Shown here: piece after piece, positions 52,999 through 63,400 of the stretch
Position numbering within the stretch: the stretch's first letter is position 1
Layout of the letters: each line of letters starts with the position of its first letter
Assembly: GCA_963675755.2 (NCBI GenBank)
Contig: CAXXMD010000002.1
Coordinates: forward strand, 2,368,001 to 2,432,000
From: a bacterium
GTDB lineage: Bacteria; Zhuqueibacterota; Zhuqueibacteria; Residuimicrobiales; Krinioviventaceae
Direction: 5' to 3'
Length of the DNA: 64,000 nucleotides
Notes under the pieces: model-generated
The model's input: the letters and a program-made list of their open reading frames with translations, nothing else
What the model was told of the DNA's origin: nothing
The model's database searches: none
Position numbers and translations under genes: made by a program

Positions 52999-53636
52999 TG
53001 TTCATCCTTTGCATTAGATTGTTTTTGGATCTCAAAATCATCATTCACGCCATCTTCTCCGTACAGACCTTCACGTAACAAGGCAACCTTGAACGTTTTT
53101 AAAAATATCTTTAGATCCAAAAGTAAAGAATAATTTTCAACATACCAGATATCCAGATCAATACGTTTTGCCCACGGCAGTGCGTTACGACCGTTCACCT
53201 GCGCCCAACCGGTAACACCGGGGCGCATATTCAGACGTTTACGATGATAGTCAGTATATCTCTCAACCTGACGTTTAATTGTGGGCCGCGGACCGATAAC
53301 GCTCATATCTCCAATCAAAATATTAATCAACTGCGGCAATTCATCAATACTCCAATTACGAATAAAATGCCCAAATGCCGTAATGCGACTATCATTTTGC
53401 GTTAATTGCTGACCTTTTGCCATTTTTTCTGCATTGTTTACCATGCTGCGAAATTTGTAAATAACAAATAGCTTTCCATCTTTGCCTATACGTTCCTGCT
53501 TAAAGAATACGGGGCCGGGGCTCTCTAATCTTATAATAATAGCAACAATCAACATCAGCGGACTCAGAATTAACAAAAGTATAGCAGAAAACAGAAAATC
53601 AAACAGATGTTTTATAAAAATATTCACACTACGCAT
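52995..53636 (-). CDS. PglC-type phosphoglycosyl transferase (initiating sugar transferase)
   Basis: KFRSM, DELPQLINIL.GDMS.IGPRP, PGVTGWAQVNGR. Confidence 0.9.
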   Translation of the reverse strand: MRSVNIFIKHLFDFLFSAILLLILSPLMLIVAIIIRLESPGPVFFKQERIGKDGKLFVIYKFRSMVNNAEKMAKGQQLTQNDSRITAFGHFIRNWSIDELPQLINILIGDMSVIGPRPTIKRQVERYTDYHRKRLNMRPGVTGWAQVNGRNALPWAKRIDLDIWYVENYSLLLDLKIFLKTFKVALLREGLYGEDGVNDDFEIQKQSNAKDEQ

Positions 53637-53651
53637 TACTTGTTCATACTC

Positions 53652-55193
53652 CTATGATAATTTTGTTTTTAAAATCTTGCCTGATTCATTCTTGGGTAAT
53701 TCTTTAACAAATTCTATAACTTTGGGCAACTTGTATGCCGGGAGTTTTTGGCGCAAGTAGTCAATGATTGCCTTTTCATCAGTATCTGATGAGGACAGGG
53801 GTACAATGAATGCTTTTATCGCTTCGCCCATTATCTCGTCTTTAACGCCAATAACAGCAGTTTCGTGAACCGCATCAATCTCAAGCAATTTCTCTTCAAC
53901 TTCTTTGGCGCTAACCCGCTCTCCCCCAACTTTGATCATATCTTTTTTACGACCCACTACAAAGAGGTAGCCATCCTCATCCATAACACCAATATCACCG
54001 GTATAATAGACGCCATTTCTAAGTACTTTTTCAGTCTCAATGGGATCATTCCAATAGCCCACCATTAAATTTGAACCTTTGGCAACAATCTCACCCTCTT
54101 TACCTTGCGGTAATTCAACACCATTGTCATCAGCAATAAACAGATCTACGTTGGGTATAGCTTTGCCGATTGATCCAAATTTTTTGGGAAGCATTTCCGG
54201 TTCCAGATAAGACAAGCGCGCAGAAGCTTCTGTTGCGCCATACATGATAAACACACGGGCATTCGAAAAAACCTGGCTTACATCTTTTTGCACAGATGGT
54301 GCCATTGCGCCACCCGCCTGAGTAATATATCGAAGCGTTGGGAATTCATAATCCCTGATACTTGAACGGTTTAAAAGGATGATAAAAGTAGAAGGTACTC
54401 CGGAAAATCCTGTTACACCTGTTTTTTCCATATTTTTCAATACAACATTGGGATATGCAAAAGCATTATCAATAACAACAGATCCACCCGCATAAAAATG
54501 TGTGTTCAACAGGGATTTACCATAAATATAATAAAAGGGTAAAACAACCATTACCCGGTCTTTTTCGGTTATTTCAAGATACGAAACAATTGAACGCGTA
54601 TTGCTGACAATATTTAAATGGGTAAGGGTTACACCTTTGGGTTTCCCCGTACTCCCGGAGGTGTATACGATTGAAGCGAGATCAAGATCAATTCCACGAA
54701 CATCAGGAGTTTGTTCATTGCCACTATCAAGCACCTCGGAATATGAAATCTGGCTGCAATGCCCAATTGCCTGATATTCTGACAAATCATCCTGTTGTAT
54801 TACAACATGCCTGAGATTGGGTACTTTTTTCAAAGCGGGAACAAGATCTTTAGAGAAAGAAGCATTGGTAATAATTGCAACCGCACCGGAATCATTCAAC
54901 AGGTACTCTAGAGCATCAGCAGTGGTTGCTGTATTCAAAGCCACGGTAACAGCACCTACCTTTAAAACAGCATAATAAGCAATAATGTAATGAAATGAAT
55001 TCTCGTAAAGAATAGCAACACGGTCACCTCGGTGCACATGCTGCTCTTTGAGATAATTTGCAAGCTTGTTAGACAATAGGTCCAACTCTCCAAAAGTCAT
55101 CCATTCATCTTTATACCAGACAGCTTGCTTGTCTGGTGTTTTTTGCGCTGAATTTTCTAAAAAATTTTGTACCTGCACAACCATTCCCTCCAT
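53652..55193 (-). CDS. AMP-forming acyl-CoA/acyl-ACP ligase of polysaccharide loci
   Basis: YTSGSTGKPKG, MYGATE, TGD, GR, LPKNESGKI. Confidence 0.85.
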   Translation of the reverse strand: MEGMVVQVQNFLENSAQKTPDKQAVWYKDEWMTFGELDLLSNKLANYLKEQHVHRGDRVAILYENSFHYIIAYYAVLKVGAVTVALNTATTADALEYLLNDSGAVAIITNASFSKDLVPALKKVPNLRHVVIQQDDLSEYQAIGHCSQISYSEVLDSGNEQTPDVRGIDLDLASIVYTSGSTGKPKGVTLTHLNIVSNTRSIVSYLEITEKDRVMVVLPFYYIYGKSLLNTHFYAGGSVVIDNAFAYPNVVLKNMEKTGVTGFSGVPSTFIILLNRSSIRDYEFPTLRYITQAGGAMAPSVQKDVSQVFSNARVFIMYGATEASARLSYLEPEMLPKKFGSIGKAIPNVDLFIADDNGVELPQGKEGEIVAKGSNLMVGYWNDPIETEKVLRNGVYYTGDIGVMDEDGYLFVVGRKKDMIKVGGERVSAKEVEEKLLEIDAVHETAVIGVKDEIMGEAIKAFIVPLSSSDTDEKAIIDYLRQKLPAYKLPKVIEFVKELPKNESGKILKTKLS

Positions 55194-55199
55194 TTTTTA

Positions 55200-56144
55200 T
55201 TAAACTACTATCAATGGTTCCATTCGCAGATATTCAGTCCTTTTAATTTTCTGATCAATATCCTCTACAACACGCTCTGCCTGTTCAACAGTAATGGACA
55301 TTTTATCGGCAATTTGCTGGGTGGTGGCTCCATTTTCATGCATTTCCCAAATTGCATCCATAACATCAAATGAGAGTTTAAAGAAAAATTCTTTTTGTGT
55401 AACTTCACCGGGATACGTATCGGTTGTAGGTGTACGGTCAATGATGTCTTTGGGTACGCCTATCGCTTTTGCAACCTCGTATACCTGAGTTTTAAACAAA
55501 TGAATAATGGGTTTAAGGTCTGTTCCGCCATCTCCATATTTAACAAAGAAACCCAACTCGTGTTCATTTTTATTACCCGTACCGGCAACTGCATAATTAC
55601 GCAATTCCGCATGATAGTAAAGGGTTGTCATTCTAAGACGCTGTTTCATGTTAGAAGCAGCAACAATTTGCATATATTCTTTTAACGGTAAACGTTTTTC
55701 GATTTCATTACCGGCACTATCAGTAATAGCACCATAAAACAGGTTGAGCATATTATCTTTTAACGGATCCCCTTTGAGAATAATTTTAAAATTCATACCC
55801 GGTGTATAATCAGGGAAAACCCGTTTTACGGCTTCATCGCGACGTTCATAGCAGCCCATGCCGTTCAATCCGCCACTTATATCTTCCACAAGAAATTCAA
55901 TTCCAAGCTGTTTTGCCAGATTTTCTGCCAGTTCCCGGCTTTCAGGACTGGAATCTTTTTCAGGCAACGCCAATCCGGTAACCCTTTCTTTACCCAGCGC
56001 TTTAACACATAACGCAGCAACCACGGATGAATCAATACCTCCACTGATACCAACTACAGCACCTCGTTTTTTCAAATCCTGAGAAATTACATTGCGAATT
56101 CCAGTTGTTATTACTTCTATGGCTTTATTTTCATCGAACTTCAT
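55200..56144 (-). CDS. NadE-like ATP-dependent amidoligase (NH3-dependent NAD synthetase family)
   Basis: GISGGIDSSV PP-loop, N.KQR.RM, GT.NK.E...GFFVKYGDG; sits in the EPS operon. Confidence 0.8.
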   Translation of the reverse strand: MKFDENKAIEVITTGIRNVISQDLKKRGAVVGISGGIDSSVVAALCVKALGKERVTGLALPEKDSSPESRELAENLAKQLGIEFLVEDISGGLNGMGCYERRDEAVKRVFPDYTPGMNFKIILKGDPLKDNMLNLFYGAITDSAGNEIEKRLPLKEYMQIVAASNMKQRLRMTTLYYHAELRNYAVAGTGNKNEHELGFFVKYGDGGTDLKPIIHLFKTQVYEVAKAIGVPKDIIDRTPTTDTYPGEVTQKEFFFKLSFDVMDAIWEMHENGATTQQIADKMSITVEQAERVVEDIDQKIKRTEYLRMEPLIVV

Positions 56145-56157
56145 AATTATCCTCTCT

Positions 56158-58125
56158 TTATTTCCTGGATCGGTAATCGTAAACCCGACACTCCTGGTCT
56201 TGTACAGTGGGTTTGTTATTTATAAAACTTTCTTTCAGCATTTCAGTTGTTATAATTGCCATTAATGCCATTTCTTCACGCGCGGAAACATTTGCATTGG
56301 GAAGAAATAATCTCTTTTTCAAAATCGAAATTTTGTCTGCATCAAAAATCATAGAATTTCGGATACGGGATTCATCAAGCCAGGTATCCACAAATTGGGG
56401 ATCAGCAAGTAAGGTATTTCTTACAGGTGCCCTATAGGGTTGCTTTGGCCTGTTTATTACCTGATCCGGCAAAAGGTGTTTAAAGGTATGTTTTAAAATC
56501 CATTTTTCATTCAACACCTTTAATTTCAATTCAGGGGCAAGTCGATTTGCAAAATCAATTACCCGCTTGTCAAGAAACGGATACCTTCCTTCAACACTGT
56601 TTCCCATGGTCATTCTATCACCCTGGGAACTCAATAAATATCCGCTTAGAAATATCTTTGCTTCAAGAAAATGTGCACGCTCAAGAGGGTTCAAACCATC
56701 AAGCAATCCGTTTATTCCGGCTTCCAACTCTGAAACAGGATTATATCCTACAGTTTCACCCATAACATCCTGAGTTAAAAATCCTGCAAGATAATCACGG
56801 TTATTCCACCGTAAACGATGAGAATAGAAAAGATCAGACGTATTTGCTACATCTTTTTGAAAAAATTGGATCCAATAATTCAATGTCCGCGGATTTGTAG
56901 CTATATATGGATACAATTTTTCATATAAACGCGGGCGCCAGGTTGAGCCCGGCATTTTTGCATTAAACCACCTGACTTTGGTCTCGCGATAGATATTGTA
57001 ACCACTAAAAAACTCGTCAGCACCTTCTCCCGTCAAAACAACTTTAAAATCAGATTCCCTAACAAACTTTGATAACAAAAACAAAGGTACCGGTGCGGTA
57101 CGTAAAACAGGCTTTTCAGTATGCCAAATAACTTTTTGCAGGTTTTCGCAGACCATTTCATTGTTGCTTACAAAAGCAGAATGATCGGTTTCGAGATGAT
57201 TCGAGACAAGTTTTTGGTATTCAGATTCATCAAAAGCTTTATCTTCAAAACCGATTGAAAATGTTCGCAGTTTATTGTTATGTCCTGTTTTCACCAAAGC
57301 GGTTGTGATTGAAGAATCAAGCCCACCGCTTAAATAGGCACCAACCGGCACATCTGCCCGCAGACGAATTCGTACAGAATCTTCAAGTAAATCCGTCAAT
57401 TCTTCTGAAGCGCTGTTTACATCCCTTATATAATCGGAATCACTTTCAGGGTAGCTTAGCTGCCAATATGGTTTTTGTTCAAAATGGTCCTGATTGAATT
57501 TGATATAATGGCCAGGTTTAACTTCTTTGATATTTTTAAAAATCGAATTACCAGGCAGTGGAGACCAAAATGTCAAAGTTTGCAGCATTGCCTCCGGATC
57601 GATGCTAAAATTCAATTCCGGAAACGGCAAAAACAGTTTAATTTCTGATGCAAAATACAATTGATTATTGGCTATTTGATAATGTAAAGGGCAAATGCCC
57701 ACATGATCGCGAGCCAGCATGATTGATTTTTGATTCTTGTCCCAGATTGCAAAAGCAAATTGACCATTCAAATGATCAAACAGTTTTTCACCATATTCTT
57801 CATACAGATGTAAAACGACTTCTACATCCGTATGCGTACTAAATTTATGGCCCTTTGCAAGCAACTCTTGACGTAATTCAATATAGTTGAAAATCTCGCC
57901 ATTACACACCAACCAGAGCGAACCATCTTCATTTCCAATAGGTTGATGCCCGCCTTCAAGATCAATAATACTTAGACGGGTTTGGCCAAGCAAAGTATAG
58001 TCATCTACATAGACACCACGCCCATCAGGGCCCCGGTGTCCCAACATCCCCAGACTCTTGCGAAATACCGGAAAAGCATTGGGATTCAGTTCGTTTTTAT
58101 TAAAAACTCCGGCAATACCACACAT
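56158..58125 (-). CDS. Asparagine synthetase B-like glutamine amidotransferase
   Basis: MCGIAG Ntn start, HRGPD, NGEIFN, LSGGLDSS, LTGEGADE, E.RYPFLD. Confidence 0.9.
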   Translation of the reverse strand: MCGIAGVFNKNELNPNAFPVFRKSLGMLGHRGPDGRGVYVDDYTLLGQTRLSIIDLEGGHQPIGNEDGSLWLVCNGEIFNYIELRQELLAKGHKFSTHTDVEVVLHLYEEYGEKLFDHLNGQFAFAIWDKNQKSIMLARDHVGICPLHYQIANNQLYFASEIKLFLPFPELNFSIDPEAMLQTLTFWSPLPGNSIFKNIKEVKPGHYIKFNQDHFEQKPYWQLSYPESDSDYIRDVNSASEELTDLLEDSVRIRLRADVPVGAYLSGGLDSSITTALVKTGHNNKLRTFSIGFEDKAFDESEYQKLVSNHLETDHSAFVSNNEMVCENLQKVIWHTEKPVLRTAPVPLFLLSKFVRESDFKVVLTGEGADEFFSGYNIYRETKVRWFNAKMPGSTWRPRLYEKLYPYIATNPRTLNYWIQFFQKDVANTSDLFYSHRLRWNNRDYLAGFLTQDVMGETVGYNPVSELEAGINGLLDGLNPLERAHFLEAKIFLSGYLLSSQGDRMTMGNSVEGRYPFLDKRVIDFANRLAPELKLKVLNEKWILKHTFKHLLPDQVINRPKQPYRAPVRNTLLADPQFVDTWLDESRIRNSMIFDADKISILKKRLFLPNANVSAREEMALMAIITTEMLKESFINNKPTVQDQECRVYDYRSRK

Positions 58126-58206
58126 ATTAAAAACCAGTTAATGTCAGGTAATAAAAATTATGGCAAGAAGCATTACAAGATAATCAAATCAACAAGAAAC
58201 AGAAAA

Positions 58207-58455
58207 TCAGTTTGCTTTTTTACTTTGTATAAATGAAACAAGTTGATCAACAGTATCCAGATTTTCTGGTATTAATTCATGGTCATCAATATTGATCTTG
58301 AATGTTTCTTCAACAAAAGTAACAAGTTCCAAAACACCCGTAGAATCAATGATCCCGCCTTCCAGAAAAGATTGTTTATCATCTAATTCTTTTGAAAAAT
58401 CATTAAAGAAAAAATTTTCATAAATAAAACTTCTGATTTGTTCTTTCTCAGACAT
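58207..58455 (-). CDS. Acyl carrier protein
   Basis: 82 aa, acidic; GIIDSTGVLELV phosphopantetheine Ser motif; PENLD. Confidence 0.88.
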   Translation of the reverse strand: MSEKEQIRSFIYENFFFNDFSKELDDKQSFLEGGIIDSTGVLELVTFVEETFKINIDDHELIPENLDTVDQLVSFIQSKKAN

Positions 58456-58503
58456 TCCGCAATTCCTCTATCTTTATCTACTATCCAAAGAATAACCGTA
58501 AAA

Positions 58504-60357
58504 TTATCTCATTATCGAGCGGCCTTCTTCAATAATTTCTTCAAGTTTGCTTTTGAATCCGTTTAGATTTTTTTCCTGAGTAGATGCAATACGAATAATA
58601 TTGTTAATTTTTCCCTTGAATTCACGAAGATTAAAACGGTTAGTAGAACGTCGTTTTAATATGTACAAATTGTCATTTTCACTTTCTAACAGTTCTTCTT
58701 CGTTCTCCCACAACTCTTCAATAATCTTTTCCCCAAATCGAAGTCCGGTATAACTGATATTGATTTTGTCAGCGGAACCATTGCCGGCAAGCAATATTAA
58801 TTCCTTGGCAATTTCATTGATTTTTATCAATTCACCCATCTTTAGTAAAAAGATCTGACCACCCTCACCCAATACTGCCGCTTGTAATACAAGCTGAACA
58901 GCTTCAGGAATGGACATAAAATATCGTTTAACATCAGGATGCGTAACTGTTACAGGCCCGCCCTTACTGATTTGTTCCTGGAACAGTCTAATTACACTAC
59001 CACTACTACCAATTACATTACCAAATCGCACCGCCATACAGCGTGTACTGTTGGTATTATCGCTTGCCTGAACTACCTGCTCGGCAATGCGTTTTGTCAT
59101 TCCCATAAAACTGGTAGGATTAACAGCTTTATCAGTTGAAATAAATACAAATTTTTTGACATGGTGTTGAATACACACATCTAGCACATTCTTGGTACCC
59201 ATTACATTATTTTTTACAGCCTGACTGGGATGAAGCTCCATCATGGGTACATGTTTGTAAGCAGCAGCGTGAAAAACGAGCTGCGGTTTATGTTTATTAA
59301 ACGCATTATCTGTTTCAATAAAATCTGTAATATCTGCAAGCGCGAGAGAATAATCCAGTTCCGGATATTTTTCACTCAATTCACGATCAAGATAAAACAA
59401 ACCGTTTTCTGAACGATCAAAAGCGACCAGTTTTTCAGGATTAAATTTAGCAATTTGCCTGCAAATCTCTGAACCAATGGAACCGGCAGCACCGGTAACC
59501 AGCACACGTTTTCCCTCAATATATTTCTGAACCTGATCAAAATTGATTTGTATCTGTTCACGACCAATCAAATCTTCAATTTTAATCTTGCGAATTCGAT
59601 CAAAAATTGTTTTCTGATCCATTGGGCCTTCAGGTTTGCTTATGATACGAAAAGGTTTGCCAGACATGCGACAAATCTTGACCAGCTCTCTCATATCTTC
59701 GCCACGAGCATATGAAAACGCAATAATAATCTCATCCACATTCATGGTTTCTGCAAGGTGTAAAATACTTTTTCGATTTCCCATAACCTTTACACCCATA
59801 ACCGAATGACCCAGTTTTTGGGGATCATCATCAACCAGCGCTATAGGATTGTAGCCCATTTCCCAATTGGATTTCAACTCTTTAATCAAACGACGCGCCA
59901 TAATTCCACCGCCAACAACCAAAACGCGTTTTACAGACAGTGATTTTTTATAAATGATCTCGTTATACAACCTGACAGAAAAACGGCTAAAACCGGTAAA
60001 CAAGGTTATAATCATAAAATCTATAATAAAAACACTAAAGGGGATTGCATTTTTTAATGTAAAATATAAAATTATAGTTATTGTGATAGACGAAACAATA
60101 TTAGCTTTACCTAATGCGACAATATCAGGAACGCTAGCATCTTTCCACTGCCCTGAAAAAGCTTTGAACAAACTAAAAACAAGGACTTTCACCAGTAATA
60201 ATGCAGGAAGCGTGATTAAAAAAAGGTGTAATGCTTCACTATCCCAGGAATTAAAAAAAATAAGGCCAAAAGCAAAGAAATAAGAAATAACAAAAATCAC
60301 CAGATGTATTATAATATCCAGAGCCACTCTTTTATTGTAATAATTTGCGCTTAACAT
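58504..60357 (-). CDS. PglF/CapD-type UDP-HexNAc 4,6-dehydratase
   Basis: Four N-terminal transmembrane helices; TGAAGSIGSE, HAAAYKHVP, STDKAVNP, RFGNV.GS.GSV. Confidence 0.9.
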   Translation of the reverse strand: MLSANYYNKRVALDIIIHLVIFVISYFFAFGLIFFNSWDSEALHLFLITLPALLLVKVLVFSLFKAFSGQWKDASVPDIVALGKANIVSSITITIILYFTLKNAIPFSVFIIDFMIITLFTGFSRFSVRLYNEIIYKKSLSVKRVLVVGGGIMARRLIKELKSNWEMGYNPIALVDDDPQKLGHSVMGVKVMGNRKSILHLAETMNVDEIIIAFSYARGEDMRELVKICRMSGKPFRIISKPEGPMDQKTIFDRIRKIKIEDLIGREQIQINFDQVQKYIEGKRVLVTGAAGSIGSEICRQIAKFNPEKLVAFDRSENGLFYLDRELSEKYPELDYSLALADITDFIETDNAFNKHKPQLVFHAAAYKHVPMMELHPSQAVKNNVMGTKNVLDVCIQHHVKKFVFISTDKAVNPTSFMGMTKRIAEQVVQASDNTNSTRCMAVRFGNVIGSSGSVIRLFQEQISKGGPVTVTHPDVKRYFMSIPEAVQLVLQAAVLGEGGQIFLLKMGELIKINEIAKELILLAGNGSADKINISYTGLRFGEKIIEELWENEEELLESENDNLYILKRRSTNRFNLREFKGKINNIIRIASTQEKNLNGFKSKLEEIIEEGRSIMR

Positions 60358-60394
60358 CTATTGTTCCTGTATTTTAGTTTTTAATAAATGTGAA

Positions 60395-62770
60395 CTATTT
60401 TAGTGCTTTACTTTCATTAAAGTATGAATAATAGTAAGAGGTATAACTTTCCTTAGGATTAAGATAATTGACAATCAAACCAGAGATCTTTGTGTTTGAT
60501 TTTTTCAACAAACTCTTTGCCTTTTGCAATTCTTTTTGCGAGGTACTTCCTGCCTTGATAACCAAGACTGCACCATCTACTATAGATCCCAGTATACCTG
60601 CATCTGTAACAACATTGATTGGAGGTGTATCCAGGAAAATAACATCATAAACATTGTTCAATTCGAAAAGTAAATTCTTCATTGCGCGTGATCCCAATAC
60701 TTCTGATGGATATTTGGGAATCTCACCGCAAGGAAGCAAATCTAAATTATCTATGCCCGTTTCCACAATTGAAGAATCAAAAGAAAACTGATTTTTGGCT
60801 TCTGTATTTGCACTGCCATTATCCCGATTTTTGGGAATTGACATTTCTATATCATCTATAGGCCTTTCATGGAGTTCATCATCAAAATCAAATATTTCCG
60901 GCATACCTATCAATTTCTTTGACGGCTCTTCATCTACAATTCGCCGAGGTACACGTACACTTTTCTCAACTTTGACATTCTTACTATTAATGATCAACTC
61001 TGCCAAACCGGGTTTTAACTCTCTTTCAAATACATGATGTAGCACAGGTTTGCGGAGATCAGCATCAATTAGTAATGTTTTGAGCCCCATTTGCGCTGTT
61101 GTAACAGCCATATTTGATGAAATAAAAGATTTACCCTCATTAGGATTACTACTGGTCACCAGAATAATTCGCATTGCAGAGTCAAAATCTGAAATATTTA
61201 AATTCGTTCTTATAGACCGAAACGCCTCAGATTCAGGAGATTGCGGGTCAAGCAATGTAATCAAATCTTCTTTGGATTGTTCTGGTAATTTCCGAATCCT
61301 TTTATTCAACCATTTTCCAGGACGTTTGAACAAGGGTGTTTTAATTTCAGGAATGGACCCTATTAAATTCAACTCTGATACTCGTTCAGCATCTTCGGCT
61401 TTTTTAATCTTGTCGTCAAAAAACTCTAACGCAAGCGCAAGTCCAACACCACAAGACATACCCAGCACAAATCCAACAATCAGGTTTAACATCTTTCTGG
61501 GACGAATGGGATTATCTGGCAAGATTGCTTTATCAATAATACGAATATTACCGGAAATTTCAGCTTCAGCAATTTTTGCTTCTTCCCTCTTGGAAAGCAG
61601 CATAGTATAAATCTCTTCACTAACAGCTTTGTCACGCATCAATTGAGCGAGACGCAATTCTTTTGCAGGCATGGTATTTAAATTTTGCTCGTAATTGGAA
61701 ATAACATCATCCAATGCTTTTTGCTGAGCTTCATATGCTTTTATATCTATATCAAGCGTAATTGACTCTTCCAATAAACGCTGTATTTCAGAAAGAGGAT
61801 CAATCGTATTTTCACCTGAAGCAATTCGCAATGTTTCGTCTCGAAGATTGTCACTAATCTCATTAATCTGCGTTCTCAACTCGACCATTTTCGGATGGTC
61901 CGCAGGATAATCTTGCACACTTAATCTTGTATATTGGTCTTCTAGATTAATCAACTCTTCACGCATTCTTTGTGCACGCGTTGAAGTCGTTTTGGTAACT
62001 GCCGGAACCAAATCCTTACGTTCTTCTGCCAATCTTTGCGTTATAAAACTCTGTCTTTCTTGTGCGGCATTCAAATTGGTAATGGTTTGATTCAACAAAT
62101 TTTCAGCTTCGGTAATACGTCTCAAGATCTCGCTACCCTGCTGGCTGATTTCGGTCAATTTATTTTCTTCTTTAAATTCCCGCAACCGCAATTCGGCTTC
62201 ATCAAGATCTCGCTTGTATCGCTCTAAATTGTCATTTATAATAGTCCGAACATTACTGGCCTCCTGACCAATAACTTCAAGGTTTCGCGCCACCAATACA
62301 TCTGCAATACGGTTTGCAATAAACATCGATGACAAGGGAGACTCGGTATTAACCTCAATATTGATAACATCAGACCCCTGGACCGAACTGGCAACAATTC
62401 CCTCTTTAATCAAACCAACAAGATATTCCTGCTCATTAAAATTAGGACCTGCATCAATAGGATATGTAAACTCTGCTTTAATACTGTCCGGTAAAGTCAG
62501 TACAACATCCCTAGCCATTGAACGACTTTGAATTTCTTCAATTTGATTGATAATAATATTTTCAGAGGTTACAGCATAAGATTCTGTAATCTGTCGGCCA
62601 CCTTTTGATTGATCAAATACAATCTTGGTTTTAGCCGAAAAGACCGGCGTTGAATACTTGTTCAACATATACACCGGTACAAGGAATAATAATAGGGAAG
62701 CCAGTACAACCAGCTTTTTCCTTAATATTATATGAAAAATTCTTCGAAGATCTATTTCATTAGAGTTCAT
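60395..62770 (-). CDS. wzc: Wzc-type polysaccharide co-polymerase / BY-kinase
   Basis: Two transmembrane segments flanking a coiled coil; Walker A (PNEGKS), A' (DADLRKP) and B (DTPP); C-terminal Tyr cluster. Probable start is ATG 62770. Confidence 0.88.
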   Translation of the reverse strand: MNSNEIDLRRIFHIILRKKLVVLASLLLFLVPVYMLNKYSTPVFSAKTKIVFDQSKGGRQITESYAVTSENIIINQIEEIQSRSMARDVVLTLPDSIKAEFTYPIDAGPNFNEQEYLVGLIKEGIVASSVQGSDVINIEVNTESPLSSMFIANRIADVLVARNLEVIGQEASNVRTIINDNLERYKRDLDEAELRLREFKEENKLTEISQQGSEILRRITEAENLLNQTITNLNAAQERQSFITQRLAEERKDLVPAVTKTTSTRAQRMREELINLEDQYTRLSVQDYPADHPKMVELRTQINEISDNLRDETLRIASGENTIDPLSEIQRLLEESITLDIDIKAYEAQQKALDDVISNYEQNLNTMPAKELRLAQLMRDKAVSEEIYTMLLSKREEAKIAEAEISGNIRIIDKAILPDNPIRPRKMLNLIVGFVLGMSCGVGLALALEFFDDKIKKAEDAERVSELNLIGSIPEIKTPLFKRPGKWLNKRIRKLPEQSKEDLITLLDPQSPESEAFRSIRTNLNISDFDSAMRIILVTSSNPNEGKSFISSNMAVTTAQMGLKTLLIDADLRKPVLHHVFERELKPGLAELIINSKNVKVEKSVRVPRRIVDEEPSKKLIGMPEIFDFDDELHERPIDDIEMSIPKNRDNGSANTEAKNQFSFDSSIVETGIDNLDLLPCGEIPKYPSEVLGSRAMKNLLFELNNVYDVIFLDTPPINVVTDAGILGSIVDGAVLVIKAGSTSQKELQKAKSLLKKSNTKISGLIVNYLNPKESYTSYYYSYFNESKALK

Positions 62771-62789
62771 AATATACCCTGAATTAAAA

Positions 62790-63311
62790 TTAATTCCGGT
62801 TCCAGTACCAATAAACCTGTGCAACAATTGCCAACTGCGAAACTACACGAATTACCGTTTGCCATCTAAACCAATTATTCTTCCCTACCTGAACAACATC
62901 GCCAGGCTGCAAAGTTGGCAGTAATTGCTCAAATTCCTGGCTCTCCAGAATTTTGTGCAAATTAATTTTGACAATCCTCTTCTGGCTCGCCTGATTCATC
63001 ATAATATTACGATACGCTTCCCGTTCTATAGGACCAGCAGAACTTGTAATACTCAGCAAGCCTCTTGTTATTTTAACATTTTTCAAGTTTGAATATTCCG
63101 TTGGACCACCTGCTTTTGAAATCAATTCAAGCAAATCAGTTTTATCAGAAACTATGTATTCTCCGGGAATTCTCACCTCACCCCAAATATGAACAGTGAA
63201 CTGAAGCTTCCCATCTTCGCCAATGATATATTCATTCTTTTTAACGACACTTTGTCCAAATAACCAAAAAGGAACAAGTACAAACACTAAAATAAGGATT
63301 ACATTCTTCAT
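62790..63311 (-). CDS. SLBB-domain polysaccharide export protein (short Wza-like)
   Basis: VHIWGEVRIPGEY, LISKAGGP, LQPGDVV and a C-terminal helix; first gene of the EPS operon. Confidence 0.75.
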   Translation of the reverse strand: MKNVILILVFVLVPFWLFGQSVVKKNEYIIGEDGKLQFTVHIWGEVRIPGEYIVSDKTDLLELISKAGGPTEYSNLKNVKITRGLLSITSSAGPIEREAYRNIMMNQASQKRIVKINLHKILESQEFEQLLPTLQPGDVVQVGKNNWFRWQTVIRVVSQLAIVAQVYWYWNRN

Positions 63312-63400
63312 AATGATTCTTTTTTTTAAAATTAAATGAATATGTCAATATTAATATATGAACTCTACCCCAAAGACCATAATCTGCACGATTACAATTT

